A DNA stretch of 64,000 nt from Pseudomonadota bacterium (GTDB lineage Bacteria > Pseudomonadota > Gammaproteobacteria > UBA4575): NCBI GenBank assembly GCA_039182865.1, contig JBCDBX010000002.1, positions 1,356-65,355 on the forward strand, written 5' to 3'. Numbering within the stretch: the stretch's first letter is position 1; each line of letters begins with the position of its first letter. Below are positions 29,642 to 40,200 of the stretch, piece by piece. The notes under the pieces are model-generated. The model was not told the DNA's origin. It made no database searches and saw only the letters and a program-made list of their open reading frames with translations. The position numbers and the translations under genes are program-made.

Positions 29642-30433
29642 ATGAGCTTACAAAAATCTTTAGGAGTGACACTTAGCAATTTACGCCAGATGCGTGAAAA
29701 AGGTGAAAAGATTGCGTGTTTAACTGCCTATGATGCTACTTTCGGCAAGTTATTAGATGAAGCAGGTATCGATATTATTTTAGTGGGCGATTCTCTTGGG
29801 ATGGTCATCCAAGGCAACATTTCTACTGTATCGGTAACTATGGAAGACATGCTCTACCATACTCAGTGTGTCACTAAAGCAAGCAAGAATGCGATGATAA
29901 TTACAGACATGCCCTTTATGAGTTACAGCGATATCGACTTTGCACTAACCAATGCCACATTATTAATGCAAGAAGCCGGTGCGCATATGGTTAAACTCGA
30001 AGCAACAGAACGCCAAATAGAAATAGTCAAAGAACTAAGTGCATGCGGCATACCTGTCTGCGCACACTTGGGCTTGCGTCCACAATATGTATATAAGCTA
30101 GGTGGCTACCAAATACTTGGTTCAGATAAAGAAACTGCTAATCAATTATTAAAAACCAGTGTTGCACTCGAACAAGCAGGTGCTGACTTATTACTATTGG
30201 AATGCGTGACTGCAAAACTCGCTGCAGATATAACTAAAGCTGTTCAGATTCCTGTGATTGGTATTGGCTCAGGTAAAGACACAAATGGTCAGATACTGGT
30301 ATTACAGGATATTCTTGGTATCACACCAGATAAAACACCTTCATTTGTAAAAAACTTTTTACAGCAATGCAGCATCCAAGAAGCGGTGCATCAATATATT
30401 GATGCCGTCAAAACAGGCACCTTCCCTAGTTAA
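29642..30433 (+). CDS. panB: 3-methyl-2-oxobutanoate hydroxymethyltransferase
   Basis: 263 aa. LTAYDA...VGDSLGMV...HLGLRPQ motifs. Confidence 0.9.
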   Translation: MSLQKSLGVTLSNLRQMREKGEKIACLTAYDATFGKLLDEAGIDIILVGDSLGMVIQGNISTVSVTMEDMLYHTQCVTKASKNAMIITDMPFMSYSDIDFALTNATLLMQEAGAHMVKLEATERQIEIVKELSACGIPVCAHLGLRPQYVYKLGGYQILGSDKETANQLLKTSVALEQAGADLLLLECVTAKLAADITKAVQIPVIGIGSGKDTNGQILVLQDILGITPDKTPSFVKNFLQQCSIQEAVHQYIDAVKTGTFPS

Positions 30434-30441
30434 TACTCAAT

Positions 30442-31281
30442 ATGAAAATAATTTCTAGTACCGCGCAAATGCGTGCTCAAGTTCGACTATGGAAATCTAA
30501 TCAAGAGCAAGTATCACTGGTCCCCACTATGGGAAATCTACATCAAGGTCATTTATCGTTAATTAATCTAGCTAAAGCATTAGCTGATCGTGTAGTCGTC
30601 TCAATTTTTGTCAATGCCTTACAGTTCAACCAGACATCAGACTTTGAGAACTATCCCAGAACTTTAGATGAAGATTTAAAACAACTCGAGCAAATGAATA
30701 TTGACGCAGTATTCACGCCAAATGAACAAGACTTCTATCCACATGGAATTGAATTAGCACCACTGATTCACATCCCAGTATTAGCTGACGAGTTCTGCGG
30801 TAAATATCGACCCGGACACTTTGAAGGTGTTGCGACTGTTGTAGCGAAATTATTCAATGCCACTGATCCAAACACCGCGGTTTTTGGAAAAAAAGATTAT
30901 CAACAGTTACTCATTATTGAACGTTTAACGAAAGAGTTAAATTTCGATATTAAAATTAGCGCCGGAGAAACAGTGCGCGAAAAAAACGGTCTAGCAATGA
31001 GCTCACGTAATAGCCGCTTGAGCCCTAAAGAACTTGAAATCGCGCCAAATCTTAATTCAACGCTCTTCAAGGTTAGCAATAGCTTTAATGTAGACAATAT
31101 TCAAAATATCGAGGATGACGCCAAATTTAGTCTTGAAAATCATGGGTTTAGAGTTGAATATCTAAGCATAAGAGACGCAAGAAATCTTCAAGCAGTTGCT
31201 CAAAATACCAGCAGATACGTGGTTTTAGCTGCCGTTTGGCTGGGAGATACACGCTTGATCGATAACATAGTTTTCCAATAG
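30442..31281 (+). CDS. panC: Pantoate--beta-alanine ligase
   Basis: PTMGNLHQGHLSL HIGH-like motif. 279 aa. Confidence 0.9.
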   Translation: MKIISSTAQMRAQVRLWKSNQEQVSLVPTMGNLHQGHLSLINLAKALADRVVVSIFVNALQFNQTSDFENYPRTLDEDLKQLEQMNIDAVFTPNEQDFYPHGIELAPLIHIPVLADEFCGKYRPGHFEGVATVVAKLFNATDPNTAVFGKKDYQQLLIIERLTKELNFDIKISAGETVREKNGLAMSSRNSRLSPKELEIAPNLNSTLFKVSNSFNVDNIQNIEDDAKFSLENHGFRVEYLSIRDARNLQAVAQNTSRYVVLAAVWLGDTRLIDNIVFQ

Positions 31282-31338
31282 TGGTATGTGTATACTTAAT
31301 ACTAACAGTTTAGAGAAAACATATTGGAGGATAACAAC

Positions 31339-31443
31339 ATGGCATGGTTTGTAGTTGGATGCATAGTACTTGCATTTATCATTAACATTGCAGCTCAATT
31401 GAATCTTTTCACACACTTAAAGAAGGGCACTATCTATCGATAA
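31339..31443 (+). CDS. Micro-ORF, 34-aa hydrophobic peptide (MAWFVVGCIVLAFIINIAAQLNLFTHLKKGTIYR) with SD GGAGGA; not in the track
   Basis: Seen directly. Strong RBS 8 nt upstream. Single TM helix. Followed 20 nt later by a canonical terminator. Confidence 0.3.
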   Translation: MAWFVVGCIVLAFIINIAAQLNLFTHLKKGTIYR

Positions 31444-31462
31444 TTGTATCGGCGCATTTCAC

Positions 31463-31493
31463 AAAAAAAGCGGGCTATATGCCCGCTTTTTTT
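31463..31493. terminator. Bidirectional rho-independent terminator (AAAAAAAGCGGGC-tatat-GCCCGCTTTTTTT)
   Basis: Perfect 7-bp GC stem flanked by an A-run and a T-run. Confidence 0.8.
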
Positions 31494-31571
31494 GTGCATG
31501 GGATTTAGCATTTACACAATTAAATAGCGTAACATTACAATCAAACTAATATCACGCATAAAACCCAAGTC

Positions 31572-33182
31572 ATGCTAATTCCTGATTGGAAAAATCTTAA
31601 TGATCACGCAGATGAAATGCGCAACACATCTATGCGTGAACTGTTCGAACAAGACTCTCATCGTTTCGAAAATTTTTCGCTTAACTTAGATTCTCTACTT
31701 TTCGATTATTCAAAAAATATAATCACAAAAAAAACTCAAGGCCTTCTAGTGCAACTCGCCGAAAAGTCAGAAGTTGAACAATGGCGCGATAAAATGTTTT
31801 CCGGCGAAACTATCAACAATACGGAGCAGCGTGCCGTCTTGCATACGGCCTTAAGAGACCCAGGAAGGTCTGATGTAAGCGATGAAATACAAAATGAACT
31901 GGCCCACATGGAAAAGTTATGTCATAAGTTGCATAGTGGACAGTGGTTAGGCTACAAAAATACGCCGCTTAAAGAGATTGTTGTTATTGGAATTGGCGGT
32001 TCATATCTTGGTCCAAAATTAGCATGCGAAGCATTAAGGCCTTACAGCCAAGCCAATATCAATGTGCATTTTATTGCTAATATTGATGCACATGTACTTG
32101 AAGAAGTGTTAAGTGAAATTAACGCAGAAGAATCTTTATTTGTCGTCATTTCAAAAAGCTTTTCAACTCAAGAAACCAAAGAAAACTCTAATACAGCAGC
32201 TAAATGGCTACGCAAGAAAAGTAATGATGAAACTGCAATAGAAAAACAATTTATTGCTATCACCTCTAACACTGAAGCTGCCAAAGCATTTGGTATTGCC
32301 GATGAAAATATTTTATCGATGTGGGACTGGGTAGGCGGACGTTATTCGTTATGGAGCACCGTCGGTTTCCCGCTCGCACTTCAAATAGGCATGGATAATT
32401 TTAAACAGTTGCTCGCTGGCGCCCACGCAATGGACGTGCATTTTAAGTCAGCCAGACTTGATCAAAACATCCCAATGATGATTGGCTTACTTGGGGTCTG
32501 GTATATTAATTTTTTAAACATGCCACATCATGCCGTGCTGCCTTATGATCATCGTTTACGTAGCCTGCCTGGATATTTACAACAACTCGACATGGAAAGT
32601 AACGGCAAAAGCGTGACACGTGACGGCCAACAAATTAATTATATGACTGGCCCCATTGTATTCGGCGAGGCAGGTACAAATGGCCAACATGCATTTCACC
32701 AATTACTACATCAAGGTGGTTTAACTGTCCCATGTGATTTTATTGGTTTTGCGAATGCGGCGCATGAGTATGATCAACACCATCATATTCTGCTTGCCAA
32801 TATGCTTGCACAATCTCAAGCCATGATGCTTGGGCGCACACAAGAAGAAACGCAAGCCTTATTACTCAGCCAAGGATTAAAACAAGAATATATTAGAGAA
32901 TTAGCACCGCACATGACGTTTCCTGGCAACCGGCCCAGCAACACATTCGCTTGTGAATCCTTAACACCTCATACATTGGGTTTGTTGCTTGCTATGTACG
33001 AACATAAAATATTTGTTCAAGGGATAATTTGGAGTATCAACTCTTTCGATCAAATGGGTGTAGAACTTGGTAAAACACTCACCAACAGAATACTACCTGA
33101 ACTTCAGGGTACAGCGCCTGAGGATACAGAAGATAGTTCTACAAAAGGCTTACTCGCGTTTCTTAAGAAATCAACGGATTAA
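31572..33182 (+). CDS. pgi: Glucose-6-phosphate isomerase
   Basis: 536 aa. VVIGIGGSYLGP and ...GEAGTNGQHAFHQL PGI signatures. Confidence 0.9.
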   Translation: MLIPDWKNLNDHADEMRNTSMRELFEQDSHRFENFSLNLDSLLFDYSKNIITKKTQGLLVQLAEKSEVEQWRDKMFSGETINNTEQRAVLHTALRDPGRSDVSDEIQNELAHMEKLCHKLHSGQWLGYKNTPLKEIVVIGIGGSYLGPKLACEALRPYSQANINVHFIANIDAHVLEEVLSEINAEESLFVVISKSFSTQETKENSNTAAKWLRKKSNDETAIEKQFIAITSNTEAAKAFGIADENILSMWDWVGGRYSLWSTVGFPLALQIGMDNFKQLLAGAHAMDVHFKSARLDQNIPMMIGLLGVWYINFLNMPHHAVLPYDHRLRSLPGYLQQLDMESNGKSVTRDGQQINYMTGPIVFGEAGTNGQHAFHQLLHQGGLTVPCDFIGFANAAHEYDQHHHILLANMLAQSQAMMLGRTQEETQALLLSQGLKQEYIRELAPHMTFPGNRPSNTFACESLTPHTLGLLLAMYEHKIFVQGIIWSINSFDQMGVELGKTLTNRILPELQGTAPEDTEDSSTKGLLAFLKKSTD

Positions 33183-33183
33183 C

Positions 33184-33774
33184 ATGAGTAAACCCTTTGC
33201 TCCAGCCGCAGAACAAAATCGTGAACCCATATTAGACGTCCTCAAAACAGAATTCAGTCAAGCTAAGTCTGTATTAGAGATTGGCAGTGGCACCGGTCAA
33301 CATGCCGTCCACTTCGCTACAAATTTGCCATATTTAACTTGGCATTGCAGTGACAAAAAAGAAATGCTCGCTGGTATTAATATCTGGATTAATGAATTTA
33401 AATTAGCTAATACACCTCTAGCCATTGAACTTGATGTTTGTGATGACTGGCCAACACAAAATTTTGATTCAGCCTATGGCGCGAATATTGCTCATATTAT
33501 GCATAGCAACGAAATTGAAGCCATGTTTCAAGGCTTAAATAAAGTTTTGAACCAAGATGCAGTCTTTTGCTTATATGGCCCATTCAATATCGATGGACAA
33601 TATACCAGCGAGAGTAATCAAAGATTTGATCTGTGGTTGAAAGAAATGGATCCAGAATCCTGTATCCGTGATAAAGCTTTTCTCGACAATTTAGCTATTG
33701 CATCGAATCTGAAACCCATGAATAGCTATCAAATGCCTAGCAATAACTTAATATTATGTTGGAAGAAATTTTAA
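33184..33774 (+). CDS. DUF938-type SAM-dependent methyltransferase. The start is at Met40 of the track ORF, 1 nt after the pgi stop.
   Basis: MSKPFAPAAEQNREPILDVLK...VLEIGSGTGQHAVHFA motif. Confidence 0.65.
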   Translation: MSKPFAPAAEQNREPILDVLKTEFSQAKSVLEIGSGTGQHAVHFATNLPYLTWHCSDKKEMLAGINIWINEFKLANTPLAIELDVCDDWPTQNFDSAYGANIAHIMHSNEIEAMFQGLNKVLNQDAVFCLYGPFNIDGQYTSESNQRFDLWLKEMDPESCIRDKAFLDNLAIASNLKPMNSYQMPSNNLILCWKKF

Positions 33775-34838
33775 CCATGTTGCTCAAGCGCCCATTGGAC
33801 GTGTTCTTGCACTAGCTCCGATATGCCCTTTCTTTTTTGTTTCAACACTTCTACCACTTGCTTCGAAGTCGGCGCATTCCCTAAAGCAACGGCGAGATTT
33901 CGTAACCATTGCTGATAACCAATGCGTCGTATTGCTGAACCTTCGGTAAATTTAAAAAACTCTTCTTCTGTCCATAAAAATAATGTGATGAGATCGCTAT
34001 TATCTAAGTTATGCCGTTTGACAAAATCGGGCAGAGATGAAGTTTTTGAAAACTTATTCCAAGGACAAACTAACTGACAATCATCGCAACCATAAATACG
34101 ATTGCCCATCGCCTTACGAAATTCAATTGGAATTGCACTTTTATGTTCAATCGTTAAATAAGAAATACATTTACGCGCATCCAGTTTATAAGGTGCAAGA
34201 ATCGCTTGCGTTGGACAAATATCAATACATGCTTGGCATATGCCACAATGATCGGTAGCGGGCTGGTCTATCGGCAAAGGTAAATCCGTATACAGCTCAC
34301 CCAAGAAAAACCATGAACCCGCTTGTTCTGATAAAAGATTGGTATGCTTGCCTACCCACCCAAGACCCGCTTTATGAGCGAGTGCTTTTTCAAGTACAGG
34401 CGCACTATCCACAAATGCACGATAGCCAAACTCTCCAACTTCAATTTGTATTTTTTCTGCAAGCTTTTGCAAACGTTTACGCATGACCTTGTGGTAATCT
34501 CGTCCAAGTGCATAGCGTGAAATATAGGCAAGACTAGCATCATCTAATACTTCATCCGCATCTCTTGCACGCGGCGGTAAATAATTCATTCGCACAGAAA
34601 TAATTCTAATCGTACCCGGCAATAGTTCTGCAGGACGAGATCGCTTAGTTCCATGTTTGCCCATGTAATCCATTTCACCCTGCATGCCGTCCTGCAACCA
34701 ATTCATTAAGTATGATTCATGCTCACTTAGATCGGTATCAGACACGCCTATACGATCAAACCCTAATTCATGCGCCCATACACGTATGTTTTCTAATAAA
34801 CTACGTGTATCTTCCTTATTGTTAATTGAATAATTCAT
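33771..34838 (-). CDS. queG: tRNA epoxyqueuosine(34) reductase
   Basis: Two 4Fe-4S ferredoxin motifs (CGICQACIDICP; CDDCQLVCP) plus the QueG N-domain. Confidence 0.9.
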   Translation of the reverse strand: MNYSINNKEDTRSLLENIRVWAHELGFDRIGVSDTDLSEHESYLMNWLQDGMQGEMDYMGKHGTKRSRPAELLPGTIRIISVRMNYLPPRARDADEVLDDASLAYISRYALGRDYHKVMRKRLQKLAEKIQIEVGEFGYRAFVDSAPVLEKALAHKAGLGWVGKHTNLLSEQAGSWFFLGELYTDLPLPIDQPATDHCGICQACIDICPTQAILAPYKLDARKCISYLTIEHKSAIPIEFRKAMGNRIYGCDDCQLVCPWNKFSKTSSLPDFVKRHNLDNSDLITLFLWTEEEFFKFTEGSAIRRIGYQQWLRNLAVALGNAPTSKQVVEVLKQKRKGISELVQEHVQWALEQHG

Positions 34839-34853
34839 ACGCCTTTAAGAATC

Positions 34854-36347
34854 ATGGATTTTGTAAAAAACAGTCCGCCACTTAATGTTTACAGCAGCCA
34901 ACAAGCACGCCAGCTGGATACTATTGCAATTGAGCAGCAAGGGATCAAGGGATATGAACTCATGTGTCGCGCTGGTCAAGCAGCCTATAACGTCATTACA
35001 AACAAATTTCCTTCTGCTCGCAGAATATTAATAATTGCTGGAGGTGGTAATAACGCAGGTGACGGATATGTACTTGCGCGCCTACTCGATAGCACAGAAT
35101 ACAATTGTGCCGTGATTCCGATCATGTCTCCAGATAAGCTCCAAGGTGATGCGCTGCACGCATGCAGTGAATTTTTAGATCAAGGTGGTGAACTCTATAA
35201 GCATGAGGGAGAACTTCCCCATTGTGATCTCATCGTTGATGCCATATTTGGTATTGGACTTAATCGTCTTATCGAAGGTGAAGTGGTTAATGTTATTACC
35301 CAAATTAATCAACACTCAGCACCTACCCTAGCCTTAGACATTCCTTCGGGATTAAATTCTGATACAGGCATACCGATGGATATCTCAGTTTGCGCAAATA
35401 CCACAATTACTTTTATTGGGCTGAAGTCAGGACTCCTTACAGGGCAAGCCTGTGATAATACTGGCGAAGTGATTGTTCATGACTTGGAGTTGCCTAACAC
35501 TGTTTTCAGTCAAATCGAACCTATCGGAAATACATTAAGCCCTACTACACATAAAGCATTACTGCCGCGGCGCAAACCCAGTTCACATAAAAATAACTTT
35601 GGGCATGTTCTAGTGATTGGTGGCAATATTGGATACCCCAATGCTGCTGCACTAGCTGCAATTGGTGCTGCACGCAGCGGTGCGGGACTAGTCAGCGTTG
35701 TGACCCATCCCGATAACGTTAATGCGATCGCCTCTAGTTGTTCTTCCATCATGGTACGAGGCATCCATCAACCAAGTGATATGGGGAATCTGATTAATTT
35801 AGCGGACGTCATTGTGCTCGGCCCTGGATTAGGCAAGGATGCATGGGCTAGGCGATTTTTTGCCAGATTTATTGACATCAAAAAACCCGTCGTCGTTGAT
35901 GCGGACGCTTTAACTTTGTTAAGTCACAATCCCAACCAAAGAGACCATTGGATTTTGACACCGCACCCCGGCGAAGCTGCAAGACTACTTGCGTGTGAAA
36001 AAACCGAAATCGAATTCAACCGCCTTGCCGCGGTAAAAGCTATTCAAGAAAAATATCATGGCGTCATTGTCCTAAAAGGTGCGGGCACACTTATTTATAA
36101 AGATAGTATGGGCTTTTGTATTAATGGAAATGCAGCGCTCGCCACGGGGGGTACGGGCGATGTGCTGGCAGGTATTATCGGTAGCTTTATCGCACAAGGC
36201 CTGACCCCTATCGACGCAGCAGAATGTGCAACAACCATCCATGGATTAGCTGCTGAAAGAATTTCTCAATTTGGCACGCGTGGGTTATTAGCCTCTGATC
36301 TTTTCCCAGAACTCATTAAATTAGTCAATCCATGCCAAAACTCATAA
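34854..36347 (+). CDS. nnr: Bifunctional NAD(P)H-hydrate repair enzyme Nnr (YjeF N- and C-domains)
   Basis: IIAGGGNNAGDGYVLA (epimerase domain). GPGLG...TGGTGDVLAG (dehydratase domain). Confidence 0.85.
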   Translation: MDFVKNSPPLNVYSSQQARQLDTIAIEQQGIKGYELMCRAGQAAYNVITNKFPSARRILIIAGGGNNAGDGYVLARLLDSTEYNCAVIPIMSPDKLQGDALHACSEFLDQGGELYKHEGELPHCDLIVDAIFGIGLNRLIEGEVVNVITQINQHSAPTLALDIPSGLNSDTGIPMDISVCANTTITFIGLKSGLLTGQACDNTGEVIVHDLELPNTVFSQIEPIGNTLSPTTHKALLPRRKPSSHKNNFGHVLVIGGNIGYPNAAALAAIGAARSGAGLVSVVTHPDNVNAIASSCSSIMVRGIHQPSDMGNLINLADVIVLGPGLGKDAWARRFFARFIDIKKPVVVDADALTLLSHNPNQRDHWILTPHPGEAARLLACEKTEIEFNRLAAVKAIQEKYHGVIVLKGAGTLIYKDSMGFCINGNAALATGGTGDVLAGIIGSFIAQGLTPIDAAECATTIHGLAAERISQFGTRGLLASDLFPELIKLVNPCQNS

Positions 36348-36742
36348 GCTCACCTGAGGAAATGGAAGAATTTGGCGCGTCCATCATCAAAAACATATCT
36401 CCGCCTGCTTGCGTCTATTTGCGTGGCGATTTGGGTGCAGGGAAAACAACGCTAGTGCGCGGCGCACTGCGTGAACTCGGCTATCAAGGATTAGTCAAAA
36501 GCCCAACTTTCACCTTAGTCGAGAGTTATTCATTGCCAGATAAAGAAGTGCATCACTTTGATTTATATAGAATTTCTGACCCCGAAGAGTTGGATTACCT
36601 CGGCTTGAGTGAATACCAGAACAATTCTAGCATCTGTTTTTTTGAGTGGCCCGACTTGGGTAAATCGATGGTACCTAAAGCGACTATAGAGATTGATATT
36701 CAATACGACTCCCAAGGAAGGCGCGCTACAGTTAGACCATAA
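36332..36742 (+). CDS. tsaE: tRNA t6A biosynthesis ATPase TsaE
   Basis: GDLGAGKTTLVRG P-loop. 136 aa. 16-nt overlap with nnr. Confidence 0.85.
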   Translation: MPKLISSPEEMEEFGASIIKNISPPACVYLRGDLGAGKTTLVRGALRELGYQGLVKSPTFTLVESYSLPDKEVHHFDLYRISDPEELDYLGLSEYQNNSSICFFEWPDLGKSMVPKATIEIDIQYDSQGRRATVRP

Positions 36743-36854
36743 ATCCCACTAAATCCAACCAATTATTTATAATTTGATTGAATAATTGCCGATAGGTTAT
36801 TATTTTTGCTAAAGTTATAGGAATTCGGCGATCAATAGCTGGAGTTAAATCAGG

Positions 36855-38321
36855 GTGCACAATAAAAAGTTTCAAAACATTTTTCGCATAGCCATATCTT
36901 ATGTCATCCTGACAGCGCTGATTTTCTCAATCAGCCCATCCTTATTAGCAGCGGGCAAACTCGATGTAAAGAATATTCGCGTGGCAAAAAATGACCAAGT
37001 CACCCGCGTGGTATTTGATACAAGTACCCCCCCAAAATATAAAATTTTTACACTTAATAACCCAACTCGCGTCGTGATTGATCTGAGCAATGCAAAACTT
37101 GCTACAAATGTAAATCAATCCGTTTTTAGCAAGTCATTTGTTAACAAATTACGTTATGCGCATCGTGAGGACGGCAAATTACGCCTTGTATTGGATTTGA
37201 ATCAAACATCCATTCCCAAAAGTTTTGTGCTGCCGCCTAATCAGAAAACGAATCATCGACTTGTCATTGACTTGAGGTCCAACCAGTCGAAAACGGTCAC
37301 AGTCGCCAAAGTTGACCCAATTCCAAAAGCAAAAAAATCCACTTCTGCTATTCAGACCAAACCCGTAAAAAAAGCTATTAAGAAAACAGACTCAGAAGAT
37401 ATTATTGCCAAGGTGACAAAGCCTGCTGTTCCAATTAAAAAATCTAAACCTACAATTTATGCAAGAGAGTTAGTCATTGCAATTGATCCCGGGCATGGCG
37501 GCAAAGACCCAGGTGCTGTTGGTTATGCTGGTACCTATGAGAAAACAGTCAACTTACAAATATCTAAACGTTTAGCAAAACTTGTGAATGCAGAACCAGG
37601 CATGCGCGCTGTTCTTACACGCAATAACGATAAATTTTTAACTTTACGTGGCCGTATGAAACTCGCGCGAGACAAGGGAGCTGACTTGTTTGTTTCGATT
37701 CATGCCGATGCCGTCAAAGACCGACGCGTTCGAGGTTCTTCTGTGTATGTACTGTCAAAAAATGGTGCTAGCAGTGAGGCGGCTAAGATATTGGCTAAAA
37801 ATCAAAATAGTGTCGACTCCATTGGAGGTGTTGAGTTAGATGGCAAGGACAAAATGTTACAAAAAGTCATTGTCGACTTATCTCAATCAGCCACTATCGA
37901 TGAAAGTTTAGAGTTAGCCGGCTATGTTAAAAACGAATTAAAGCGTATAGGCAAGACCCGCGAGCGTATAGAGTCAGCAGGTTTTGCAGTTTTGAAGTCA
38001 CCCGATACTCCATCGATTTTGGTAGAGACTGCATTTATTTCAAACCCAAGCGAAGAAAAAAAATTACGCTCAGCAACACATCAACAAAAGCTAGCAGTAT
38101 CTGTGTTCAGGGGAATCAAGATATATTTTCAACGCAATGCACCTGAAGAGTCACGCTACGCTCATATCAATAAACTAGACTCTCATACCATTAAAAATGG
38201 CGAGACTCTTTCAGGCATTGCGGTCAAGTACCGCGTTAGCCTAGATTCGCTAAGAAACGTCAATTCGTTAACAACGGATAAAATCCGTGTAGGTCAAAAG
38301 CTTATAATTCCAGAAGTCTAA
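36855..38321 (+). CDS. amiB: N-acetylmuramoyl-L-alanine amidase (AMIN domain, Amidase_3, C-terminal LysM)
   Basis: IDPGHGGKDPGA...SIHADA amidase_3 motifs. C-terminal LysM (HTIKNGETLSGIAVKYRVSL...). It occupies the amiB position in the yjeF-yjeE-amiB-mutL order. Confidence 0.85.
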   Translation: MHNKKFQNIFRIAISYVILTALIFSISPSLLAAGKLDVKNIRVAKNDQVTRVVFDTSTPPKYKIFTLNNPTRVVIDLSNAKLATNVNQSVFSKSFVNKLRYAHREDGKLRLVLDLNQTSIPKSFVLPPNQKTNHRLVIDLRSNQSKTVTVAKVDPIPKAKKSTSAIQTKPVKKAIKKTDSEDIIAKVTKPAVPIKKSKPTIYARELVIAIDPGHGGKDPGAVGYAGTYEKTVNLQISKRLAKLVNAEPGMRAVLTRNNDKFLTLRGRMKLARDKGADLFVSIHADAVKDRRVRGSSVYVLSKNGASSEAAKILAKNQNSVDSIGGVELDGKDKMLQKVIVDLSQSATIDESLELAGYVKNELKRIGKTRERIESAGFAVLKSPDTPSILVETAFISNPSEEKKLRSATHQQKLAVSVFRGIKIYFQRNAPEESRYAHINKLDSHTIKNGETLSGIAVKYRVSLDSLRNVNSLTTDKIRVGQKLIIPEV

Positions 38322-38325
38322 TACC

Positions 38326-39324
38326 CTAGGTTAGTAGCTTTTTTTCCCACCATGCCGTCAACACCCTATCAAATGCCATTTGCGCATTGCCCATTATTTT
38401 TTCACTAAAACTTTTTGGCGAGCTATGTTTAATCTCGTAAACGTCAGCATCCTCACTCTGCTTCAATAAATAATCATCACTGGTAATCAACTCATCAACC
38501 AATTCAAGCTCGAGTGCTTTTTTACCCAACCAATGTTCACCAGTAGCAATTTTAGCAATGTCAAGTTGCGATCGATTATCGGCAACAAATTCTTTGAATA
38601 AATCGTGTGTCTCTTCCATCTGTTCAGTAAATCGTGCACGATCTTCATCAGTATTTTTCCCAAACATAGTTAATGTACGCTTGAAATCTCCTGCTTTAAT
38701 TTGCTCGTATTCGATGCCATGCTTCTCGAGTAATTTATTAAAGTTAGGTATTTGGGCAATGACACCAATTGAGCCAATTATAGAAAAAGGAGCTGCAAGA
38801 ATACGGTCGGCAACACATGCCATCATATAGCCACCACTAGCGGCTACTTTATCTACGGCGACAGTGAGTGGGATATTTCGCTCTTTTATTCGCTGCAATT
38901 GTGATGCTGCCAATCCATGTTCATGCACCATGCCTCCGGCATTCTCTAAACAAACAACAACCTCATCATTAGAAGTTGCAACTGATAGTAATGCAGTAAT
39001 TTCTTTACGCATATGCTTAACGGCACTAGCTTTAATATTCCCTACAAAATTCAACACATACACACGCTTTCGACCATCATCTTTCTTTTTATTATCTTTT
39101 TTAATCTGTTTGGCTAGCGCTTTCACTTCTTTTTTACTTAGTAATGCCTGTTGCATTAGTAATTTCATGTGTGCAAATTTTTTGTTAAGGTTTTTGATTT
39201 CTATCTGATCCTCATCCTGCTGTTTTTGTGACGCAGACACAATCAAAGCAACAATAAGCCAAACCACAACCAGTATTGTCACAGCTTTAGCTAAAAACAT
39301 TCCATAATCTGAAATAAATTCCAT
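38326..39324 (-). CDS. sohB: S49-family periplasmic protease SohB
   Basis: N-terminal TM helix. S49 catalytic region ...VAASGGYMMAC... Confidence 0.8.
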   Translation of the reverse strand: MEFISDYGMFLAKAVTILVVVWLIVALIVSASQKQQDEDQIEIKNLNKKFAHMKLLMQQALLSKKEVKALAKQIKKDNKKKDDGRKRVYVLNFVGNIKASAVKHMRKEITALLSVATSNDEVVVCLENAGGMVHEHGLAASQLQRIKERNIPLTVAVDKVAASGGYMMACVADRILAAPFSIIGSIGVIAQIPNFNKLLEKHGIEYEQIKAGDFKRTLTMFGKNTDEDRARFTEQMEETHDLFKEFVADNRSQLDIAKIATGEHWLGKKALELELVDELITSDDYLLKQSEDADVYEIKHSSPKSFSEKIMGNAQMAFDRVLTAWWEKKLLT

Positions 39325-39346
39325 AATTAAGATTCTCTTTTTTTAT

Positions 39347-40180
39347 TTAATCTTTAAGAACATATTCGGAGTATAACTGACCTACTCCATTCGAACTTTC
39401 CAAATCCATATACAAACGTTCTAATTGTAAACGTCCATGATGTTCTAAAACTGGGCCAGAGAACAAAGTTTTAAAACTTTCTCCACCCAAAAATTGCTGG
39501 CTAATGGTCAGAAAGAAATGATCAACCCATCCACGCATCATTAAATCTTGCAGTAAATGAGGTCCCGCTACTAAGTACACAGACTTATACCCTTGTCCAT
39601 GTAAAAATTCCATCAGCAACTCAACATCTACGAAATCCTTGTTTCCAAATTGATGGATCTTATGACCCGCTCGCTGCCAATTTTGAATCTGACTGCCTTC
39701 TGTATTACCTCCTGTTACAAGATGCACATTTTGCCCTGAGCTATTCAATGAATCATCCCATGGAAAATCTAGGCTCCCACTTAGAATGACAACATCTGGA
39801 GATGTGGCTAATTCATGCTGCTTTCGCCATTGATGTAAATAGTTAACCGATTTATGTTTGGGTAATTGTAATACGTTACCCAGTCTTCCAGCTGCTAAAG
39901 ACCGCATATATCCGCCATGTGTAATTATACAATCGGCCTGTGCGTATAATTCTAAGAATAGCTGGAAGTCCTCATCACACTTTAATTGAGACGGCAAAAC
40001 ATATTGATTATTCTGAGCATCGAATAAAGCAATTCGCCCATCTAAGCTGGACAAAAAATTCGCGTAAACTATAGGTCTTGTGGGATTTCCTTCAGCAAGA
40101 ATTGGCCTTCTAAGATACAATCCCTTCAAAGGTTCAGACTCCCCAGCACCTGGAAATAAACGAATAACTTCTTTACTCAT
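39347..40180 (-). CDS. RibD C-terminal-domain (dihydrofolate-reductase-like) family reductase
   Basis: 277 aa. ...FLSSLDGRIA...VLSGSLDFP...LVAGPHL pattern of bacterial bifunctional deaminase-reductase C-domain proteins. Assignment tentative. Confidence 0.55.
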   Translation of the reverse strand: MSKEVIRLFPGAGESEPLKGLYLRRPILAEGNPTRPIVYANFLSSLDGRIALFDAQNNQYVLPSQLKCDEDFQLFLELYAQADCIITHGGYMRSLAAGRLGNVLQLPKHKSVNYLHQWRKQHELATSPDVVILSGSLDFPWDDSLNSSGQNVHLVTGGNTEGSQIQNWQRAGHKIHQFGNKDFVDVELLMEFLHGQGYKSVYLVAGPHLLQDLMMRGWVDHFFLTISQQFLGGESFKTLFSGPVLEHHGRLQLERLYMDLESSNGVGQLYSEYVLKD

Positions 40181-40200
40181 AATTCTAATTCATATTTAAA

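Noticed and set aside
33067-33183. N-terminal extensions of the track ORF at 33067. The same applies to 25412, 48461, 54353, 59102 and 6501.
   Set aside because: These extensions overlap upstream genes or lack an RBS. Internal Mets with RBS and family-typical N-termini were chosen instead.
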